Below, in pieces: positions 58,401-64,000 of a stretch of DNA of 64,000 nucleotides (the stretch's first letter is position 1; every line of letters starts with the position of its first letter). Origin of the DNA: a virus. Position numbers and translations under genes: made by a program. The notes below the pieces were generated by a model. That model saw only the letters and a list, made by a program, of their open reading frames with translations, was not told the DNA's origin and did no database searches. The DNA lies in the IMG/VR virus record IMGVR_UViG_3300043185_000079. The stretch is one strand, 5' to 3'.

Positions 58401-60425
58401 TTTGGGTCGTTGCCTAGCGAGGAGCAGTCGAAGATCTACAAGCGGTGGAAAAGCAAGGCGCGGGAAGACAAGGCTCCACCAGAGGATGCCGAGAAATCCG
58501 AGAAAGGCAAGGAGGATGACGTCGAGCGTGAACTCGACGAGGCACGCGATCGGGTCGATTCTCTGGAGGATAAGGTTGATAAGGCCAAGGACCAGATCAA
58601 GGAATCGCGCGAAAACATCAAGGGGATCAAGAATCTGCTAGAGAAGGCTGGCGAGACGGCCCGAGGACAGCTCGAAGGAAAGCTGCGCGAGGAGGTCTCC
58701 AAGATGCGGAAGGCCGAGGACGCGCTGGAGGAAGTCACCGACGAATTGGAGGCGGCGCGCAAGCGTGTCGATCAGCTCAAGGCGGAGCGTAAGGCTCCCA
58801 CGAGCCGCGAAGACAAACGACGCGAGGATGAAGAGAAGCGCCGCAAGGAACGTGCCGAGGAGACTCTGGACGAGGTGCGCGATGCGGTGCGGGGGATGGT
58901 GTCGAAGGACTCCGACATCCCCGAGGACGTTCGGGCACAGATTGAGACCGCCTTCGCCAACTTGAGCGAGGAGCAAGTAGAGGATTTTTCCGAGGCATTC
59001 CAGAAGTCGTTGGGGAAGCTCGTCAGAACGGACGCTTCGTCCGAGGAGGCTGCGAACCTGGCCAACGCCTCGGTCCGCGCCGATCTGAGTGAGATTGAGG
59101 ATCCCGCAGAGCTGGCACGCACAGTTGCCGAAGTCGCGTACGCACGCAACGTGGTGACCAATCCTCTCGTCGTGGGTGGGAAGCCGCTCGGACAGACGAA
59201 GATGGACGATGCTGGCTACTCCGGTCGTGCTATGGAATCGTTCCGTCAGTTTCAGCGTCTCAGCCCTGCTCTCCGCGAGAGTGCGGCGGAAAAGATCGCG
59301 GAAGAGCTTCGCGGTCTCGACGAGGACTCCGATAAGGCACAAGAGCTACAGGCGATTCTCACAGGCATCAACACGGCTCATATCGCGGACACAGGCCACG
59401 CTTTGCCGGGTCGACCGCAGCCGAACAAAGGTGCCGCGGCTCTCATCCGTCGCATGGTGGAGAACGGTCAAGCCGAGACGATGTTCAAGCCGGTCGAGGA
59501 CTTCTTCGCCGACGACAGCCGCGCCGCGATGCAAAAGGCGCTCTCGGAAATGGACGACGCGGAGGTTGCTGACTTCGTGATCGGAGACGACGGGGATCAC
59601 CCATTCGGTAAGCTCCGCGAGGCCATGCAGGAGAAGGGCGCCAGTGAGTACAAGCAGCTCATCAAGGACTTCCTGATCCAAGATTTCATGAGTGACATCT
59701 GGGGTGATCGGGCCGTACGCGATTACATGGAGTCCGCTGGTTTCGCCGACTTCGATAATCCGGAGGCCAGGGCGCAGTTGCTTCGGGACACGAGGTACGC
59801 AACTGCACCCGAGGCAGACATGCAGGCGATCGCCAGGGCGCAGGCGGCGATCGCGGCCGGTCAGAAACCTGATCCAGAGGATGAGGAGCGTGCTCGAAAT
59901 TTCCTCGATCCAGAGACGGGGGGCGGGATCCGTGGGAAACTCCGCAAGCTCATGGAGATCTTGCAATCCAAGGTCAAGAAGCGTGTTGTCACCCCCGCGA
60001 CCGCGGTGATCAACCACTTCCTGGAGACGGGCGAGGCCGAGGTCCTCCACCAGGAGACCCTTCCACATCCTGACGAGGGCCGGGGCGGGGACACGGAGGC
60101 CAAGGAAGACGAGGGACACGGGTTGGGCGACGTGTGGAAAACTGACGAGGGGAACTGGCGCGCCAAGAATCTCGACGGAGTGCCCAAGACTTTCGATACG
60201 CGAGAGAAGGCCCAAGCATACGCCAAGGGCGGCAAGGACCGCAGGAAGCCATCGCGCGGCAGCGAGGCCCCTGGCGAGGAATTCTCGGCCGAGTTCACCG
60301 TGCCCGTCGAAGAACGAGGACCGACGAGGTTTGCCAACCATGTCGCGAACGCTTGGCTGGCCCAAGTGCGCAAATGCCACCCAGACGATCCGGGGCGTCC
60401 GCGAGTGGTTTTTGATACGGCTTGA
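55389..60425 (+). CDS. 1678-aa polyprotein: ART-like domain, Ntn-hydrolase, DNA topoisomerase IB, unknown and coiled-coil modules
   Basis: FHGT...GLVP...FFT...IPP; C-IIV...KNRD...EGVNEHG; topo IB residues ERPGN, GKSG, KDIR and GHT...QY. Confidence 0.8.
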   Translation: MGLFNIWKLSEVRGLPPKTGRGVAFHGTRSKNLDHLRRYGLVPGARSAYTDAYSKYDDGRHLFFTDNEDLARHYGDLILRFPWPSEAKPDVNEFGRYLPGQFVSLRKIPPDEIDVLREGTWEPLVGGLSKQACIIVGKDFDGHLCLLKNRDRSYDVKLQIMHMEFNGVEMAFVLDLETGYLEGVNEHGIGVVNTTLMVLHDEAEGHSTKTKGKTTLKSKDGPKIFHALIQDNLQDAVDVLVSFRGGIRGHTFVADGQTLLSIECTRKNPARVHHLDPGRVNTRTNHGVSYPEAGYTRGEDYVSSIVRRWEAQKRIQGVKRPEAAAPALATLIDEADSPFNPVRVTDKMRTTSQLLIDTSTPSLYLYLIPGHARVTKILNLLPGGRAPKIPVRVFRYRKRMEDRDFEDDGHEMKDEVADPGGDLLEKRTARYKDKKTVKTKDGDERVIYEYGPRQVLNRNKAKAERIENLRKQMSALRRKVKKDLESSDDQKRAVALAVALMDETYERPGNEASASEGHYGVTTWQNRHVKFRNGKATITYVGKSGVEHKKVVETPAVVKALKMLCKGRGKDDRLIDVEAADVNEFLRSFEITAKDIRGFHANREMKDRLKRIRREGPDLPRPLKDRDKILKEEFKQALAETAEAVGHTESTLRSQYLVPGLEDEYMKDGTVSDSHVKSGGAALLGAPGVQERPEGALRVAATRGTPTERRILANALLAPVLVVRDRRWWLDEAPSLYRLARDHERPRPVIDGLRFDPDLFAMLWYEDEDGNRLPEPPIGDLAIPEDSHTQHSRFPNVLRHTILLLNDDGTSSSLAAGESSFPSDLVTQMVRSGDWDTADAIMVAGQACERCLNVLLHHYGIGDGYPFGSEDYWRANTVCSMCEDIGRRMATKSPAEKEDENVEKMLRPEPKKKPPRYDLRNNRTLEDRDEDLEGMGAGDRGDRDLSLKWNKVAHRVAFRWLAVPLAPAPLRVAMRRIARQFPSEFQDEVAHQRFTHPETRNSVGFGSLPSEEQSKIYKRWKSKAREDKAPPEDAEKSEKGKEDDVERELDEARDRVDSLEDKVDKAKDQIKESRENIKGIKNLLEKAGETARGQLEGKLREEVSKMRKAEDALEEVTDELEAARKRVDQLKAERKAPTSREDKRREDEEKRRKERAEETLDEVRDAVRGMVSKDSDIPEDVRAQIETAFANLSEEQVEDFSEAFQKSLGKLVRTDASSEEAANLANASVRADLSEIEDPAELARTVAEVAYARNVVTNPLVVGGKPLGQTKMDDAGYSGRAMESFRQFQRLSPALRESAAEKIAEELRGLDEDSDKAQELQAILTGINTAHIADTGHALPGRPQPNKGAAALIRRMVENGQAETMFKPVEDFFADDSRAAMQKALSEMDDAEVADFVIGDDGDHPFGKLREAMQEKGASEYKQLIKDFLIQDFMSDIWGDRAVRDYMESAGFADFDNPEARAQLLRDTRYATAPEADMQAIARAQAAIAAGQKPDPEDEERARNFLDPETGGGIRGKLRKLMEILQSKVKKRVVTPATAVINHFLETGEAEVLHQETLPHPDEGRGGDTEAKEDEGHGLGDVWKTDEGNWRAKNLDGVPKTFDTREKAQAYAKGGKDRRKPSRGSEAPGEEFSAEFTVPVEERGPTRFANHVANAWLAQVRKCHPDDPGRPRVVFDTA

Positions 60426-60647
60426 GGGAGGGCAAACGTCCCTCGCGACGCTGTAAACCGATTTCTTGTCCTGTCTCGGGGGGTTTTCAATCCCTTCAAA
60501 GGCCGTCAGCGAGGAATCAGCACGCGGTTGCGGTAGGCCATCGATCCCAAAGGGGTGGTGAAGGTGGGTTTGTGTTCCTCGCGGAGGGCATTGAGATCTC
60601 GTGGGGATCTCGGGGGTGTTTTTCAGACCCGAAAACCCACGTTAGGT

Positions 60648-60662
60648 CGGTTTTCCCCTTAT
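60648..60662 (+). promoter_or_regulatory. candidate late promoter motif CGGTTTTCCCCTTAT
   Basis: Consensus match upstream of the operon that includes the protease. Confidence 0.7.
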
Positions 60663-60740
60663 ATGGGGCGCGAATAAGCGAAGGGCTCTGCCCTCCCGTC
60701 CCGAGGACGTTGAAGCCCGCCCGCCAGGAGAACCAATCCA

Positions 60741-61217
60741 ATGTCATCCAAACCGATCACGAAGGAAGCGGCCCTCAAGGTGTCCCGCCTCCTGGACCAA
60801 GCAGCCACCACGTTCCAGAAGCACCACGTTGCTCTCGGGATCAAGCCGAAGATCGCGAATGACTTCGCACTTCGGTGTGACATCCTCTCCGACCACGTGG
60901 AGAAGCAGGCGGGCATCGACCGTCGCGCGCAGATGGATCCCAAGGAAAACTACACCGAGGATGCTCTGGGCCCGGATGACTTCGACCCAGCCGAGATCGG
61001 CGAGCAGACTCCCGGCGCGCTGCTGCGGAACGAGGACGAGCCCTACATGGACACGTTCAACCAGCAGTGGTTCGATCAGCTTCGCGAAGTTCAACAGACG
61101 GGTCAGTTCTCCAACGCGAAGACCGCCGCGCAGCTCATCAAGCACATGGCCGGCCTCCTCCACGCTCACGGCATCCCTCTCGTCGTCCGCAGGAAGAAGA
61201 GCCCGAAGGTCGCCTGA
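60741..61217 (+). CDS. putative head protein
   Basis: AGGAG RBS; KEAA, KQAG, RRAQ and KTAA. Confidence 0.65.
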   Translation: MSSKPITKEAALKVSRLLDQAATTFQKHHVALGIKPKIANDFALRCDILSDHVEKQAGIDRRAQMDPKENYTEDALGPDDFDPAEIGEQTPGALLRNEDEPYMDTFNQQWFDQLREVQQTGQFSNAKTAAQLIKHMAGLLHAHGIPLVVRRKKSPKVA

Positions 61218-61274
61218 AGATCGCGACGGTCTGGACTTCCTGACCGTCGTCGTGACGCGCCGACGCGACTCGCT

Positions 61275-61904
61275 ATGAAACGTACAGCAGACGCAGGAAA
61301 CTGGCAGGCCCGCGGACAAGAGTTCGCGGTGGGGCAAGCTGTGCGTCTCGTCAATGGCAGCCCAACCGACGAGGGTCGCGTCACCGCTGTCTGGCCTGGA
61401 ATCGGATGCGTCGATGTGCAGTGGCCACACACGTCGTATCGCCACTTGGTTGAGGATCTCCAGATTGTCAACCCGGGCGAGGACGAGTTCGTCGCGCCCA
61501 TGCACGAGGACGTGCCGGGAGGGCCCCCGTCCTCGGCGTGGGTCTCGCAAGGGGCCCCTCAGACGAACGAGATCACGCACGAGGACCCACGAGTCGAGTT
61601 CGTCCACGACATCGCGGGCAAAGTGGCATCTCAACCGTCTGCGCAGCGGGTGGCGATCGCGTTCGTGAAGCATTCTCTTTACTGGCACGCTCGGGACCGG
61701 AAGTACCGCGTCAGCCGGGACGAACACGCAGAGGGCCGGTATAGATGCCCCACCCGTGGGTGCGAACAGATGTTGCGCCGTGCAACCTACAAGATGGAGA
61801 ACGGATCTCCGATCAAGCTGCTCGCCTGCGGCTCGTGCTTGTTCATGATCCGCGAGCATGACGTACTCTCTGACCACTGCACTCCACATGAGGAGACCTG
61901 CTAG
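61275..61904 (+). CDS. putative head protein with Zn-ribbon
   Basis: KRTA, KVAS and QRVAIAF; CPTRGC...CGSC. Confidence 0.65.
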   Translation: MKRTADAGNWQARGQEFAVGQAVRLVNGSPTDEGRVTAVWPGIGCVDVQWPHTSYRHLVEDLQIVNPGEDEFVAPMHEDVPGGPPSSAWVSQGAPQTNEITHEDPRVEFVHDIAGKVASQPSAQRVAIAFVKHSLYWHARDRKYRVSRDEHAEGRYRCPTRGCEQMLRRATYKMENGSPIKLLACGSCLFMIREHDVLSDHCTPHEETC

Positions 61905-61905
61905 C

Positions 61906-64000
61906 GTGGCGTTCCTCAAGCGAGCCAGCGGGGTCGTCGTTCATCGGGGGTGGTCTCCAGAGAACTGGGGCAACTTCGTCGGCCAGAACAAGGAGCGACT
62001 CGCGAATGGGCCGTACCGAACGGCCGCCGGGGCGCTGAACTTGGTCGCGCAGGCGAGCGAGATCCTCGGCGAAGAGTTCGATCCGAAGAACTTCCTCCTG
62101 ACGCACGCGACGATCGTGGCCTCGGTCGACACGGAGGAGGCCGGGAACGTCAAGCTCGGGTCCGTCGTCGAGGACGGACGCAAGATCCTGCGCAAGTTTG
62201 GCGACTACAGGATCACGCCCGACACCGAGCAGTGGATCAACAACAACCACGACAGCTGGTCTCGCGGGGTCCTGCTCAAGAGCTACCGGACGTTCGTCGG
62301 TGCCCACAACTTCCTCGAGCACTGCCAGCTCGAGCACCTGTCGAAGGGTCGAATCGTCGACGCCGTCGCCCGCGACATCGGACCGTCGATCTACGTCGAC
62401 ATCCTCGTCGCCACCAACCGCAAGCACGCGAGCCTCATCCAGGACATCGAGAACGGCCGGATGGGCACGCTGTCCATGGGGTGCACTTGCGTGCACACGA
62501 CCTGCACGAAGTGCGGGAACGTGGGCCATGATGAGACTGAGCTTTGCTTCCCTCCCGGCACTCGTGTACTGCTTGCCGAAGGCAAGTACCGTCCCATTGA
62601 GGAGATCGTCGAAGGCGATTTCGTGCTCTCTCACACGGGTAGGCGTCGTGCTGTTGTTAGGACCATGCGCCGTGAGTACGAGGGCAACTTGGTGGTCCTC
62701 GACGTAGAGGGCGTTCCGGTCTCGGTGAAGGCAACGCCCAAGCATCCGTTTTGGACGCTGCGACCAGCACAGATCTGTGCTTGCGGCTGCGGTCAACCCC
62801 TTCGACGGACCGTCGAGCACGAACGGGGATCCGCCAAGGCATTCAAGCGTCGATTTTTGCCACACCATGCCGGCTCTCTACACAACGTAGTATCGATGGA
62901 CGCGTACCAGCGCATCTTCGATACCGAGATGGAGTTCGTCGAGGCACAGGATCTCCGTCGAGGAGATTACTTGGCCTTCCCGATTCCGCGCGACGTCGAG
63001 AACAGCGCGGATGCCACAGTCAACCGGGCTCGTTTGATCGGGTTCTTTCTGGCCGAAGGCAGTTTCATTAAGCGAGACGGCAGGAGGGTCGGCATCGCCT
63101 TTTCGTTTGGGTACCACGAGTACGACACCCTTGCGGCCGAGGTCCAGAGGCTTCTGAACCTTGAGTTTGGACGAGACGAGCGTCGGCAAGATTGTCTTGA
63201 CTGGCAGGATTTGGTTGCTCGCAATCACACGCGGGCAATCAAAAGGCGCGCCAACAGCCGCGCCGTCCCTCCAGAGGTGACGTGTCCGACATGTGCTGCG
63301 CCCTCGCAGTACGCCTACAATGCCCGTTTCAAGGCGGGGCACGACGACTGTTATCAGTGCAAGGTATGTGGGCGCTCGTGGATCCACCAAGCGGACAGAT
63401 CCCTTCACGCCACACGATACAAGTGTCCGATTGACAGACCTGAGACTGGGTCCGTCGAAGTCCGGCTCATGGACGAAGAGGCGGCGGATTTTTTCTACAG
63501 CTACTGCGGCGAATACGCGAACGAGAAGGCGCTGGATCCATCGGTCCTGCGTTGGGCTCCTGATGTCCAGAGACACGTTTTGTTCGGGTGGCTCGGAGGA
63601 GATGGGACCCAGAGTGTGGTTGGTATCCGAGGCAACACGGCTTCCTTCCATCTCCAGAATCAGATGCACATTCTCGCCGCGCGGTGCGGTCTGTATGCCT
63701 ACAGAACGGTCGTGTTCGACGGGAGATCAGGGACCATCGATCAAGTGGTGAACGGTGACGGCTCTGTCACGGCGCGAGATTGCAGAGGCTGGCTTCCGAG
63801 CTTTGGTCTCGTGCTATCTGAGCCGAAGGGGTTCAATGGCGAGGTCCGGTTTTCCGATCGGGAGCCGCGGACCACCCTCACCGAGATGACAGATAGTTAC
63901 AAGCGCGTTGGGGACTGGTTCGTCTATCGGATCCGAGATGTTGGCCGCGAGTCGTACTGCGGAACGGTCCACAATCTGGAAATCTCTGAAGACAACTCCT
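61906..64000 (+). CDS. prohead (capsid maturation) protease, intein-containing; 3'-truncated and absent from the ORF track
   Basis: AGGAG RBS and GTG. Hand translation is open to the window end: INNNHDSW...FLEH...GRIVDA...LSMGC...CTKCGN. Confidence 0.75.
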   Translation, partial: MAFLKRASGVVVHRGWSPENWGNFVGQNKERLANGPYRTAAGALNLVAQASEILGEEFDPKNFLLTHATIVASVDTEEAGNVKLGSVVEDGRKILRKFGDYRITPDTEQWINNNHDSWSRGVLLKSYRTFVGAHNFLEHCQLEHLSKGRIVDAVARDIGPSIYVDILVATNRKHASLIQDIENGRMGTLSMGCTCVHTTCTKCGNVGHDETELCFPPGTRVLLAEGKYRPIEEIVEGDFVLSHTGRRRAVVRTMRREYEGNLVVLDVEGVPVSVKATPKHPFWTLRPAQICACGCGQPLRRTVEHERGSAKAFKRRFLPHHAGSLHNVVSMDAYQRIFDTEMEFVEAQDLRRGDYLAFPIPRDVENSADATVNRARLIGFFLAEGSFIKRDGRRVGIAFSFGYHEYDTLAAEVQRLLNLEFGRDERRQDCLDWQDLVARNHTRAIKRRANSRAVPPEVTCPTCAAPSQYAYNARFKAGHDDCYQCKVCGRSWIHQADRSLHATRYKCPIDRPETGSVEVRLMDEEAADFFYSYCGEYANEKALDPSVLRWAPDVQRHVLFGWLGGDGTQSVVGIRGNTASFHLQNQMHILAARCGLYAYRTVVFDGRSGTIDQVVNGDGSVTARDCRGWLPSFGLVLSEPKGFNGEVRFSDREPRTTLTEMTDSYKRVGDWFVYRIRDVGRESYCGTVHNLEISEDNS
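62545..64000 (+). mobile_element. intein with LAGLIDADG-type endonuclease in the protease (end lies beyond the window)
   Basis: CFPPGTRV, ATPKHPF, LIGFFLAEG, FGWLGGDG and VHNLEISEDNS. Confidence 0.88.

Noticed and set aside
1-64000. Bacterial chromosome origin (dnaX, recA, nusG, dnaN)
   Set aside because: These genes are divergent and co-occur with terminase, portal and protease, with no housekeeping operons. The host cannot be assigned from this window.

Overview
A GC-rich, gene-dense, almost entirely plus-strand segment of a large (probably jumbo) tailed dsDNA phage. No rRNA, tRNA or CRISPR array was seen. Layout: (i) 1-12.3 kb: vWA protein, HU-like protein, two sigma-like proteins and several probable virion-internal proteins. 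(ii) 12.9-38.9 kb: replication, recombination and nucleotide cluster with Pol III-type clamp loader (DnaX, HolA, HolB), beta clamp, primase, intein-containing class II RNR, RecD2, RecA, RuvC, a naturally split SbcC plus SbcD, a Cas4-like nuclease, an intein-containing nucleotidyltransferase and NusG. (iii) 38.9-64 kb: morphogenesis genes (TerL, portal, intein-containing prohead protease) and large multi-enzyme proteins. Two hidden patterns stand out. First, a fixed-spacing 15-nt motif, CGNT-NN-T-NNNN-YTAT, found 10 times, almost always just upstream of a gene start (candidate late promoter). Second, a recurrent [K/R]-x-A junction plus an 'RVAxx(W/F/H)' helix in the proteins of those operons. 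The junctions separate enzyme domains (ART-like, Ntn-hydrolase, topoisomerase IB, 2H phosphoesterase, CCA/poly(A)-type nucleotidyltransferase, C39 peptidase), suggesting protease-processed virion cargo polyproteins. All family calls are from motif recognition by eye; no database searches were run.
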